In this document: piece by piece, positions 25,326 to 37,350 of the stretch
Numbering within the stretch: the first letter of the stretch is position 1
Layout of the letters: every line of letters begins with the position of its first letter
Source: Negaprion brevirostris
Lineage: Eukaryota
Assembly: GCA_030324005.1 (NCBI GenBank)
Contig: JARDVH010000163.1
Span: 107,246,678 to 107,310,677, forward strand
DNA length: 64,000 nt
Direction of reading: 5' to 3'
Notes under the pieces: generated by a model
What the model was told of the DNA's origin: nothing
Databases searched by the model: none
What the model saw: the letters and a program-made list of their open reading frames with translations, nothing else
Program-made: the position numbers and the translations under genes

Positions 25326-27085
25326 TTTATATTTTCCCCTGTCCTGATTGTAGCTCACTTATACCCACAGATGCACAACATCAGACCACAACTCCATACT
25401 TGGCTGTCAACCTCATGCAATACCAATGTCTGAGCTGATGGCTATGTATTGAATCAGTTGCTGATGCTTCTATGTCTCTGGTAGTGGGTTGCTCCCTCCC
25501 CCTCCTCATGGGTCTGCTTTGTCTGGCCATGCAGCAGCCATTGGGGTAATTGAAAGTGTAAAAGCAGCAAGGGGAGGGTTGAGGCAAGTAAAGGGGCTGG
25601 AGAGGAAAGTACAAGATCCGTTGTCTCACCATCTATATCGCTGGCTCCATTCCAGTGGCGAGGGAGCTGAGACAGGCATAAGGCAGTAGTATACTGTCAT
25701 CCTCAGTGGTCTCCAAGATGCTGGATATTTCCCCAGTCAGCCTCTTTGATTTTCCCTGCAGTTATAGTTAATCTTTCAGGAAAGGTCAGAATGGCAGTGA
25801 TTGTGTGGCACTTTGTTTGGGTGATGTGGCTAACATTGATGAATAGCTGTAGGGCGTGTGTGGGTTCACATCAGCGGGAGATGTGAGTGCTAGGCGTGAG
25901 TCCTGAACGCTAGTAGATGTTGATGGGGGGGTGTGGTGCCTTGAGCAGCATGAGACGCTTATGCTGTGGAGGGTCTGATGGATTTTATGACAACTGATCT
26001 TGACCATACATATGAGGTCATTAAATTTTTTTGCAGCACTTGTGAGATTAGTGCTTCTCCGGTGCAGCACCCCTGAGTAGAGGAACCTGCTCCTTTATCT
26101 TCATTTCTCTTCACCTTCAATCTTCAACATTTGTCTTTTTTGCAATCTTCTTCTCCAGCGTGAGTCCCCCTTAAGAGGGGCAGATTGCCTTTAAACACTA
26201 GAGACTAGTTAAAACACATGCTAGCCTCACATGCTCTTAGCCGCCTCCCCCACCAAACATGCTCTACATAAGCCAGACAATTGTTGACCACTGTTGTGAT
26301 CAAAGCACAGATTTTCCAGAGATCTGGGACCATTTCTCTCCAAACTGCTTGATAGTTACACCAAAATGACGTAAAATGTGGATAACATCCAAAAACCCAG
26401 GCTCCTGTTTATCTTGATATTGTTGGGCCAGTCTGCCAAACAACAGACTAAGAAAGTAAAAACTGCTTGTTCAATGCTTTATCAGCTATTTTTATAAATT
26501 GGAGGATAAATTACACTATCTCAAATCGCTTAAATTATGCCAAATTAATTTCCTTCAAAGTGTGCAGCTTGCCAATACTAACTGCATTCTTGTCTTTGGT
26601 TAAGTGGGTGAAATTCCCCAGAACAGAGCGTGGGATGTGCATGCTAGAGATGAAAAGTTAGTAGAGGTGATACCAGGGGTGCTAAAAAGATACCTATATC
26701 ACACACAGTGATGTGTATTTGTTGACTTTTTGCAAGAGGATATATTATACATCACTACTATGTAGTTATGGCTTATGATTGCACAAGCATACTTTCTCTT
26801 TACATATTAAGTTATATTTTCAAATATGCATTATTTTAATGTCACAGGAATCAATAAATGGGTGGCCATCAGTGTCAATTGGAAAATTTAGGCTATTTTG
26901 CTTTTAATTCCGGATTTTAATTCTGCAGTGAAGGTTTTGGTGGTGTTATTGTACAAAGGCTAATTTCTTCCCCCCCCTAATCACCATTGTTCTGGAATTC
27001 ATCCTAGTATGGGCATGGGATGAAAAGCTAGTGGTCCACATGAGGTGTGATCCTCTTCAATCATTTGTTGATTTTTCCATTGATT

Positions 27086-27363
27086 AGAGAATTATCATCT
27101 TGAAAGTTTGGAATGGGATATAATCAATTAATACTAGTTTATCTCAGTCATACTTGAGCAATCAAGTGAGCACATTTCTACGCCACATGGTTTTGACAAT
27201 AAGTACAAGTGACCTGATCTTATTATTCTAAACAATACAGTGATTACACATTGTGGCCTTAAATGGACACAGCAAACTGCACCTTGATTGCTCAAGTGTG
27301 ACTGAGATAAACTAGTATTGATTGATTAAATCCTATTCAAAACTTTCAAGATGAGAATTCTCT
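27086..27363. repeat. Long inverted repeat (foldback) with ~81-bp arms
   Basis: 27086-27166 is the near-perfect reverse complement of 27283-27363, e.g. aatactagtttatctcagtca vs tgactgagataaactagtatt, and cttgagcaatcaag vs cttgattgctcaag. Confidence 0.9.
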
Positions 27364-27535
27364 GATGAGAAATATGATTTCTCATGAAATCAAATAATCC
27401 TCCTTTACTTATAAAACACCACAATCTCTGGCCCAATATTGGTTGTAAAGGAAACTCACCAGCAACCTGTTGCCATTGTCATTGTTCCAATGCTTTTATG
27501 AATTTGTAATCTTCTCTGTGATTAAATGCAGATCA

Positions 27536-27937
27536 AAGAAAAGAACAAAGAAAAGTACGGTACAGGAACACATTCTTCGGCCCTCCAAGCCTGTGCCAAT
27601 CACGATACCCTAAATAAACTAAAAAAGACTTTCTGCCCTTACTCAGTCCATATTCCTCCACTATTCATGTATCCATCCAGATGCCTATTAAATGTTGCTC
27701 ACATGCCTGTTTCCACCACTATCTCCCCTGGCAGCGCTTTCTAAGCACTCACAATTCTCTGCATAAAAAACTCCTCCTGCACATCTTCCTTAAACTTTCC
27801 CCCCTTACCTTGAACCTGTGCTCCTTTGTAATTGACATTTCCACCCTGGGAAAAAGCCTCTAACTATCCACTCTCTCAATGCTTCTCATAATTTTGTAGA
27901 CTTCTATCAGGTCTCCCCCCAGCCTCCGTCTTTCCAG
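27536..27937 (-). mobile_element. CR1/HER1-type LINE 3' fragment
   Basis: Tail (aagaacaaagaa...cttcggccctccaagcctg) followed by antisense ORF2 C-terminal sequence (cataattttgtagacttctatcaggtctcccc). Confidence 0.8.
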
Positions 27938-28152
27938 AGATGAGTTTAAATAAAAGATTAGGTCATTTGAAAATTGTGCTATAACTTCAGTGACCTGCAA
28001 ACAAGTTGAAGTAGGCTCCACTGTTGTTAGACACTGTCAACAATTTTTTAAAAAATGTCACAGCAGCATTGCTTTTGAAGCAGACCACAGCATTATATCT
28101 AGATCTCTAATTTAAGAGATTATTTGAAGTCTTACTGTGCTTCTACTTACAG

Positions 28153-28313
28153 TTACAAGAGTTGATGGCCACTCTTGAGAAGACCAGACAAGAACTGGAT
28201 TCCACGAAGGTCAGGCTGACCTCAACACAACAATCTCTAGCTGAGAGGGAGGCTCACCTTGCTAATCTTCGGATAGAACGGAGAAAACAGCTAGAAGAAG
28301 TGCTAGAGATGAA
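28153..28313 (+). CDS. ERC2: Internal coding exon of the ERC family gene, ERC2-like sequence
   Basis: Acceptor cttacag|TTA and donor GAA|gtaagt; 161 nt (phase 0 in, phase 2 out). Translates LQELMATLEKTRQELDSTKVRLTSTQQSLAEREAHLANLRIERRKQLEEVLEM(K). EKTRQELD and AHLANLRIERRKQLEE are the ERC2-type residues as recalled (ERC1: EKVKQELE, THLTNLRAERRKHLEE). Not in the ORF track. Confidence 0.92.
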
Positions 28314-28789
28314 GTAAGTACTAATTGAACACTTGTTTGTCTTAATCACCTTAAAGTCAAAAGGCGTGAAAGGTTCTTAGAAAATTAAGAATAGCTTTAC
28401 TTTGAGCACAGATTAAATTGATGATAGCTTCTCAGTTATGATGAGACATTTTTCAGTTTTATTTTACTAGTAATTCATAGCAACAGCAAAAGCAAGAGAT
28501 CATGGATATCATTGTTACTAAGTTTGAGGCTATCTATTCGGCTGCCTCTGCTATTTCCCTTCTTTTCCCCTAGCCCATTGGGTCAAATTTCACAGAAAGT
28601 TTATGTCTGCCTTGGTCCTGCATGTACATATTTCTCCAATTTCCTCTTGTATCTCCTTGTGTCATCTCTGACCCCCTCTTGTCCACGAGACCCACTTCCT
28701 GCTTCCTCAATTCGAGTCCCACCAAACCATTGGCCACCCAACTTCCAATCCTGGCACCATGTTGCTGATATCGTTAATGGTTGCNNNNN

Positions 28790-29900
28790 NNNNNGTTGCC
28801 TCTCCTTGAATATTGCGCCTCTCCACTTAAAATCTACCGTCATCACTCATCAAAAAAAACACTTGACTTGCAAACTACCACCCATCTCCAACTTCTCCCA
28901 TCTAAAGTCCATACATTTTTGCTGCCTTGAAAATAAGTGGCCATCTTTCCTTGAAACCCAGTTTGAAATTTTCCTATGAAATGTCTTCCTCTGTCACAGT
29001 ACCAAAATGGCCTTTATCCAAATCATAAGTAATATCCATGTGACAGTGACAAAGGTAAAGCATCTTTCTTATTTGTCTCTTTTGACAAGGTTGATCACAA
29101 TCTCCTCCTCCAACAGCTGTCCTCCAGCTGGTTCCATTCTTATCTCTCCAAGAGTCATCTGCAGTGGTTTCTCTTTCTGTTCTTGCACTGTTACCTTTGT
29201 TGACCTATAATCAATTTTTGTCTCCCTTCCTATTTCTCATCTACTTGCTGCCCCTTCGTGACACCATCCCAAACCTATCTAACCACCACCCTTCTTGACT
29301 CCTCAACTATCTCCAATTTCTCACGTGACCTGTCCAACATTCAGTTCTGGATGAGAAGAAATTTCCTCCAACGAAATATTTGAGAAGACTGAGGCCATTG
29401 TCCTTTTACTTCTACTGAAACCCTCATCTGTTTCGTGGTTACTTCTGAACTTGACTACTATGATGCTCTCCTGGCTGGCCCTTCCATTTGCATAAATATC
29501 CAGAGTTCTGCCCCCAATTCTCATTCACCCATCACCACTGTGGTGACTGACCTACATTGTCTAACAATCTGGCAATGACTTAATTTTAAACTGCTCAACC
29601 TTGATTTCAAACTCTTTCATGGTATTGCCCCTTCCAACCTCTAAACTGCTTCATCCCTATAACTGTCTGAGGTCACCTGTAGTCCCTTCCATATCCATCA
29701 TTGGTGTCTGATTTTACCCACTTCAAATTCCCTGCCTTAGCCTGTCCTCCTTTATTTCCACGACCTATACTTCTTTAAACTTATCTCTTTGATCAAGCTC
29801 TTGCTCATCTATGTAGTGTTGCCTTATGTGTATCGGTGTCAAATTTTGTTTGGTTAGCACTCCTATGATGTGTCTTGGGATGTTTTACTGCATCAGTGAT
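28790..29900 (+). mobile_element. Decayed L2-clade LINE (RT to 3' end)
   Basis: cacagtaccaaaatggcctttatccaaatc resembles the HSTETALxKV motif, and cttgactactatgatgctctcctggctggcc resembles RLDYxNALLAGL. The tail ctcctatgatgtgtcttgggatgttttact is L2-type. Confidence 0.7.
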
Positions 29901-30099
29901 GTAATATTACTGAATGATGTTTTTTCAATTAGATGAGTATTTACTTTGGTTGAAATGCTGTCATTGTTATGCACAATATAGTGTCAGTATTATTAATGTT
30001 GCTTTTAATGACGTGCACAGCCCTATAAAACAGCATATTCATATTTTATAAAGTGAGACAGTCGGTTGCTGGTGGATTTGGTTCAACGTGGATGTTTTA

Positions 30100-30327
30100 A
30101 AAGCAAAATGCTGCAGATGCTGACATCTGAAACAAAAACAGAAAATGCTGCAAAATCTCAGCAGGTATGACAGCACCGGTGGAGAAAGAATAGACCCAAT
30201 GTTTCAAGTCTGGATGAGCCTTTTCAGGACTACTCTGATGAAGGATTATCCAGCCTCGAAACGTTGGTTCTATTCTCTTCCACAGATGCTGTCAGAGCTG
30301 CTGAGATTTTGCAACATTTTCTGTTGT
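30100..30327. mobile_element. Palindromic Penelope-derived non-coding element with hammerhead motif
   Basis: acagaaaatgctgcaaaatctcagcagg is inverted by ctgctgagattttgcaacattttctgt. The plus-strand core CTGATGA-A-ggattatccagcctc-GAAACGTT-ggttct starts at 30235. Confidence 0.8.
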
Positions 30328-32189
30328 GATAGTAGATGTCTTTCTTAATTGATGCTGGATGCTGGAATTATAACTTAAATGCTTATACCACTCTCTTGAT
30401 TAGGTTAAGAAATCTGTATCTGTAGTCATATATGTTTAAAGGCTACCACACTGATTTACGTACATTGACAAAGCACTTCTGCAAAGACCTAATGTGCGTT
30501 AAAATTCTTACTGTAATTTATCAAGAGCTTTATTGCCCTCAGTGATTTGCCATCATTGCAAAGATTTTCTTCATGGGTGTTCTCAAGCAAAATTGAATGA
30601 GTTGTCATTGTAGTTGTGTTGTTCAAACTGACCTCTTGTTCTTTGAGATTGGATGAATAGTCAGTTGCTGTCTGAAGCATGAACATGTTGTCAACATCAA
30701 TTGTTGTCAGGCAGCTGGTTTTTCATAAATTGGAATTATAAGATTTGTGAAAATCATCTTACTAGATAATTTTCAAATGATTTGATTGTCAAAGGAAAGG
30801 AGCAGATCTGCAAATTCTATTTTGTTTTAAATCTGAACATGCTCAATGAAATTGTGGAACAAATGAGATTTTCAAGGCACAATAACTTCATAGAATTGTA
30901 CTGTTGGCTGATTTAAGGTTTCTACAGTACATTGCGTTTCACTTTTTGTTAGTGAGGCCTTATGATTTGTTAAAAGAGCTTTTCAGTCAGAGCAAACTCT
31001 ATTCAAAAGCTGAATGAGGTTGTCAAGAAATCCTTGTTAACTCTAAGGAGCATTGCAAATGAAATTAACCTGCAATTATTGCTTTCAACTATTAACACAT
31101 TGAGGCTTCTGTAAGTTTCAATATTCCTTTTGCTTTAAAAAAGAAGCTTCAGAAACTTAAAATACATGCTTTAGTGTCAGTCATTTTGCATTATTGTTTC
31201 TGATTCACGCTTTTCTTAAAGTAGCAAATGTTTACTCTTCTGCAAGTAATGGTCAGNNNNNNNNNNNNNNNNNNNNNNNNNNNNNNNNNNNNNNNNNNNN
31301 NNNNNNNNNNNNNNNNNNNNNNNNNNNNNNNNNNNNNNNNNNNNNNNNNNNNNNNNTCAGACTTCTTAGTATTAAATTAATATTTTTTAATATCCAAAAT
31401 GTTAAAAATTTACAATAAATTCACAAAGTGCCTGGGAGGTCTATTGAATTGAGCATTTTTTAAAAACCTGGCTTCATATCCTACTTGGTTTTGGCATATT
31501 CCAAGTCTAAGAATGCAAGATTGAGGCAAAACTGCATTGACATAAAAGTGACCGCATAACTGCATTTCGAGTTTGTCTTAAAGATGCCAAAGAAATCAAT
31601 GTGCTAAAAATGTGTCCTTTTAAACCTGTTTTTTTTTTTACTTTACCTGATGTGTAAATTCATGTTTTTATTTTCTGGCCATCTTCCTATTCTGACCATT
31701 GAAGGGCACACAGACGCTGAAATGCATCTTAAAAGATTATTTTGAAGAAGCAACGTGAAACTCTGATGCACAATGCTTCCAATTCAGTATTGAACTTGGG
31801 GTTTCATTTTAAGAGAATATCTTCCCAGTCCCTGTTTAGTTGCATTTTCACATTCTTTGTGCTCTATTATCATCATTTTAGAGCAGCCTAACTATCAGCA
31901 TAGGAAGCAGATAGTGTTAAACTAACTGAGCTCCAGCTCAGTTTCGTATTCTTTCAAAATATCCCTGGGTAGTACTAAGCATCTCTGTGTATTTTCCCGT
32001 AAACTATCAAAAACTATGAACACAGCCTGTAAAAGGAAATACTTGCAATTAGACTATTTTGTGGTATAAAAAAATGTCATCTGGTTTTTCGCTAGTTCAT
32101 TTATAAGGCCATGTGTAGCCCCGTTTCTCTCAAGTTTGAAGTGCTTACATTAGCTATGAGTGGCCTGATCAAGACTGAGGTATGCATTT

Positions 32190-33075
32190 ATTTTTTAAGT
32201 TCTTTGCGGGATGTGGATGTTGCTGGCAAGGACATTAATTGTTGTCCACTCCTAATTGTCCTTGAATTGAGTGGCTTGCTGGACCATTTCAGAGGGCATT
32301 GCTGACAAAAAGAAACATTTTGTTGAAGCTTTTCCTCTTGCACTCATCAGGACAATTCGCGAGAATAACAATGCAAGGGAAAACACAACAAATGTAGACT
32401 ATGAGAGGAGAGTGCTGATTGGTTGGCAAGTGGACTTTGATCACTTGAGGCATTGCCATGGAGCATGTGTTAGTTGATGGTGACTGATAGTTAACTGCCA
32501 AGCATTGTTTGAACTTTGACCCAGGTAGTTTGAGGCATTGCCCTGTGGAATTAAATAGTGAATGCCTGTCATTTATTTTGTTTAATGGAAACAGACACAT
32601 TGAGTGTATATGTTTTTTCTATCTGTGAAGAACAGTACCCTCAGTATTAATATATTTAGCTTCCAGTAGATGCAGATGCGTCACCCTGAGAGCTCTGCTT
32701 AAATTGTTTGTCAGCCTAATGTTTTAGCCCACTGAGGATTATTTAGCAAATGTTGTCCAATCGTAGAACCACATCTAATGTTGGACACTTTTTTGCAAGT
32801 CAAACAACTATTTCAGAGAGCAGCTTAGATTCACATGTAGACAGACCAGATAAGGAGGCAGATTTTGTTCCATTGAGGACATTAGTGAACCAGATGGAGT
32901 TTTATGAAAGTCAATAATTTTTTCATGGTCATTATTCCAGAAATCAACTTTCAACTCTGGATTTACTAACTAATTGAATATAAATTCCACCAGCTGCCAT
33001 AATTTGAACCATGTTACCAGAGCATCAGCTTGAATGTATGGATTACTAGTCCAGACATTACCTCTATGCAACCAT
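32190..33075 (-). mobile_element. tRNA-derived SINE with CR1-type tail, split by a Penelope insertion
   Basis: 32190-32300 (tail) and 32825-33075 (body and head) are the reverse complement of consecutive parts of the SINE at 36783-37167. Confidence 0.7.
32303..32820 (-). mobile_element. Penelope-like element 3' fragment (GIY-YIG C-terminus, UTR and hammerhead motif)
   Basis: The minus strand encodes STIGQHLLNNPQWAK ... HLHLLEAKYINTEGTVLHR*K, the SAIxxH...LEAxYI...PxL pattern of PLE endonuclease C-termini. The downstream motif GTC-CTGATGA-GTGCAAGAG-GAA-AAGCTT-C-AAC lies at 32353-32322. Confidence 0.75.
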
Positions 33076-36000
33076 CACACCATGTTCTGTTGTTTTTATG
33101 CAGAGAAAAATTTCAGTTGTGTTTTCCTGTTTACACGTGGATTTCTGGACTACTTGAGAGCAATGCTTTTCAGGTGACTTCTGAGTTAAAATTTGCTGCA
33201 TTGTTTGACCTTGGCACACCTCAGCTTCTTGAAACTTTCTGTTTCAGCCAGTGCTTTTACCCATTTCACAGACAAATCCTGTTCCGTTGCAATGTTTTCA
33301 AAAACCACAGGTTAATTCGCACTGGCCTGGAGGCGAGTTGATGGCCACTGTGAATGTTAGTCCTGACTTGACCCACCAGGTGGTGTACTTAAGAAGTGGC
33401 TTCCTCCCCTAAATGGATTTCTTTCCTTCCTCCATATAATAAAGCCAAAGCTATTAAAATGTTCCTTCTAAGGAATGCCTGAGTGGAAGACTGATTTGAA
33501 CTTGGTCTGTTTAACACTGTAGCTGTAGCTAGAAGACTCATCACTTTTCCTGAGACAGAAAATGGATGAAGCCATGAGGAAATAATTGTAGCCAGCTGGT
33601 TTGTAAAGGGTCAGGAGTTAAAGAAAACCCAGGAACATTAACGCAGTGGAGGTCAGTTCTATTAAATAATGTATTTTGAAGGATTTTGAAAAACAGCAGC
33701 GTATGAAATTAGCATCTTTAGAAATGCAGCTGAGTGATGAAGTTAACACTAATTGTTTTTACTATGTTGGATAAAATTTGAAGTGTGCAAGATTTTGTGC
33801 AAGAAATTCACCATTGCAACAATTAAAAAAGATTTTGAATGGTTACCCTGGACACATTGGAAGTAATGTCCAAAAATATTGTACTGATTCACTTTGCAAA
33901 TCACTGAAATATCAATTTAAGTTTTGAGTAATTGCTCAAATCTATTTACTGTGCTTCCGGATGAATGTTTTGAAGATAGATTTGTGTAATAAATTGATCA
34001 AGAATATGTATTAATGCGCATGCATAAAATTTCTAATTACTTTCTTTTGGATTGTCCATCTGGAACTGGAATATGCTCTGTAGAAAGGGAATTGCCCTCA
34101 AGTAGTTCGTTTGTAGAATTCATGCTGGGAACATAAAGTCATATCCACAGTTAAATACTTCATGACACACAAAACAGCAGGATGTTGATACAACTGTGAC
34201 TTCCACAGGAAGTTATTTGAATTGTAGCAGACATTCTTAAAAAACCACGTTCTCAAAAAGTCTATGACTGCGTTTGCACCTAAGCAGGCCTGTGAGACAA
34301 CAGTCCTTGATCAACTCTTTTCACACAGGCTTGCAAACATTGTAAAGATTAGAGGAAACCCAAACAAAGGCTTTTGTTCACAGTGTAGATGAAATATATT
34401 GGAGCAAGGTGAGGCAATTCTTGCGTGAAAGGATCTAGCAAATGGGCAGAAAGCAGTAAAACTCCTGTGAATAAGAATGTATCCAAGGATAGTGGCCTTT
34501 TATTTGGCAGTAAAACTCAAATCAGTTTAAAACAAAGTGTGGTTGCTATGACATTGTTGCAGTGTTTATTGGCCCTCAGTTTTCCGGGGTGGGGTTGGGG
34601 CATTTGACGGTGGTGTGTCAGGGTTCATCGTCACTACTGCTCTGAATCTGACTGCAACATCAGGAATTAGCGCAAACACGGATGCATGCCATAGGATGCA
34701 CAGTATAGCCCCACCCCAGGCCAGCAAATCTGTAAAATCAATTGGTCTCATCAGAACTTCCCCAGTTCCATTCCCATACCGCTGTTAGAAAACCCATAAA
34801 GTCTTATTCAACAGCTGTAACTAGGTTTTAATAGCAAGTTAATCCTGAAAAAATACATGGAATATTATGAAATGTCTCCTTTATGATTAATTAGCAGATA
34901 TTCTAAATGTTTTAATTAATATTTTGACCTCCACCTTTCACCCCTTGTATACATCCCAATTTCTCTTTAGCACTACATAAGTTTTTTTTTAAGGATTGAT
35001 TTGATTTTAGTACCTTTAAATTTCCCGATTTGCTGTCTGTGAGAATTCTTTAATATGATTGGCTGCTTGGACAAATTGATAACATAATTGCAGCTGCATG
35101 CTGGAAATTCATCTTTAAGAACACTACAGTGAACCAGAAAAGGTGATGTTCTCATTACAGAGATGGCCCGATCTCTCAACAAGGCTTTCTTTAAGGTCAG
35201 TAACAAAGGTTCTTGCTTCGCTGGTAACATTAACAATCAAAGCCATTATGTTTGGTACGCAGTCACAAAGTATACCATGGGATTGTAATCGTGCAGTGTC
35301 AGTATGTTGTTGTTTTAGTGATGAATTGTTGTATACTGGGGGATGGCATCACAGTAACAGAAGCACTACATTATAGGATGGCCCAAAAGCAGAATGTTAC
35401 CTTCCGTAAGATAAATTATACATTGATTTAAATTAGCTTTCAAAATAGGAGCAGCCTTTGTGTCATGCGTTGGAAAGTTGTAGATTTCATCCACCACTTG
35501 AATTGTCTAATCCAAATTCAAATAATTTTTTATTTGTAAAGAAATTGAGTGAAATATTGAAGATTATATTGGGAATGCAATTTTAACATTGTTTTGAACA
35601 AGATTTGAAAGTGTCAGTGTGTACGGTGCTCTGAAAAATGCTGTTTGATTGCATTTTTGGACCCTTCCGAAACACACATTTTATCAGATTCTAGTGAACA
35701 ACAATTTATCCCACCTCTGGTTACAAATTCTGCCATAGATACTTGCTTGGGTTCACTGGTGTCAGTTTTTCCATTTTAAAAAGTCTGTCTCAGGAAGTTG
35801 ACACATATTGCCCTAACTCTACTTGCACAAGTACATTACCCAGTGATTTAGTGATAGTATCCATTGTAAGCTGAACTGTCGCTTTTGCATGTAGCTTTGT
35901 CCAGTTCCTTTGAAGCAAGGTCAAATTAACATGATATTGGGCAAAGCTTGATTGATTAAGCAACTCAATTTTTCAAGAAGGTGAACGTTGGAAGCAATAA

Positions 36001-36329
36001 TTGTGTCCACATCCATATTGTTCATTTGATGCATCATAATCAGTATCTCAAGATTGAATCCCTTTAAGATAAGCCTGCTGCTTTTCTCTGTGTGTCTCTC
36101 TGTTGGCATCCTGCCAAAGGCCCATTGAGGCATTGTCACTGCCTTCTGACATGCAACAATCCCAAATGCCCCATCCTACTCCATTGCTGACTGTCCCATC
36201 TAGCACACCTGCTGGGAGCTGACCTTTCCAGGTCCTGTTTGTCTAACACAAACCTGCTACTGTTGTCCCTGTGTGTCAGTGATCAAATGTCACTGACCTT
36301 CTCCATATCTCCCTGCCGCATGCCCATTT

Positions 36330-36780
36330 CTTTGTGAATAAGGCCCTTGTGATCCATAAGTTTATTATGGATTATCGGTTTGATATCATGATCTTGATGG
36401 AATCCTAGCTGAGGGGTTATGACACCTTCCCTCGAGATGAACCCTCCCTACTCAGCTATGTTTTATACTACTTGACCACCCTGGACTATCACTGTAGCAG
36501 ATGTGGCTCTTATCCACAAATCACACTTTGGCTCATCTCCCTACACCTCTGACACTTTTTTTTTGAACATCTCACTTATTTCCATCCCTTCCACTTGAAT
36601 CTAAAATCTATATTCTCTACTGCCTCTAAGTAACATAAACAATTTCTCACCGAGTTTTCTTTCATCTTTTTCTCCCTCTGCCTCTGCACCATGTGATTTC
36701 CCATCCTCCAGATGGTGTACCTCCATTTTTACCCTGCTCTCCCTCCGGAATTCATCGTCTTCTTGTCTTCCTTTAAGCTC
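36330..36780 (+). mobile_element. Decayed L2-type LINE endonuclease (APE) region
   Basis: Translates FDIMILMES*LRG...SYVLYY...VALIHK, resembling DILALTETWL...PGY...GGVALI. Confidence 0.5.
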
Positions 36781-36782
36781 CG

Positions 36783-37167
36783 GTGATGGCCTAGTGGTAT
36801 TATCACTAGACTATTAATTCAGAAAATCAGCTCATGTTCTGGGGACCTGGTTTCAAATGCTCCATGCTAGATAGTGGAATTTGAATTCAAGAAAAATATC
36901 TGGAATTAAGAATCTACAGATGATCATGGAAACATTGGCCAAAGCTGGAAAAACACATCTAGCTCACTAATGTCCTTTAGGGAAGGAAATCTGTCATCCT
37001 TACCTGGTCTGGCCGACATGTGATTACCAGTCACCACAATGTGATTGACTCTCAGCTGTCCTCTGAAATAGCCTAGCAAGCCACACACTTCAAGGGCAAC
37101 GAAGGATGGGCAATAAATGCTAGCCAGCCAGCAATGCCCATGTCCCACGAATGAATAAAAAAAAAAG
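36783..37167 (+). mobile_element. Near full-length tRNA-derived SINE with CR1-type 3' tail
   Basis: A box TGGCCTAGTGG, B-box-like GGTTTCAAATGC, central GTCCTTTAGGGAAGGAAATCTG, and tail GATGGGCAATAAATGC...GAATGAATAAAAAAAAAA. Confidence 0.8.
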
Positions 37168-37350
37168 TTCCCCATCCCAAATTCACAGCCACTCCCAACT
37201 TACCCTCGTGTGGCTTTGCTACCCCGTTTTGGTCAGTCACAGGTGAGCCCATCTCTGATCACTCTTTGTACTGATCTTTTGAACCCACTTGTTCTCCTGT
37301 GTTGGTAGCTTCTCTCGCAGCAGCTGTGCTGCCTTTTAAAATATTGTTTC

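Larger units (their letters stand above)
24200..26100 (-). pseudogene. Probable decayed Myb/SANT-like second gene of the same Harbinger element
   Basis: The minus-strand ORF 25786-26070 contains STNLTSAAKKFNDL (cf. RTxxQCRKKFNDL, the third helix of Harbinger Myb/SANT proteins). It is convergent with the transposase. Boundaries are uncertain and the region is interrupted by a SINE. Confidence 0.5.

Noticed and set aside
27362-27392. CTGATGA...GAAA hammerhead-like words next to the foldback
   Set aside because: The hairpin pairs into the would-be core (atgagaaat/atttctcat), and no stem I or stem III with a cleavage triplet can be formed.
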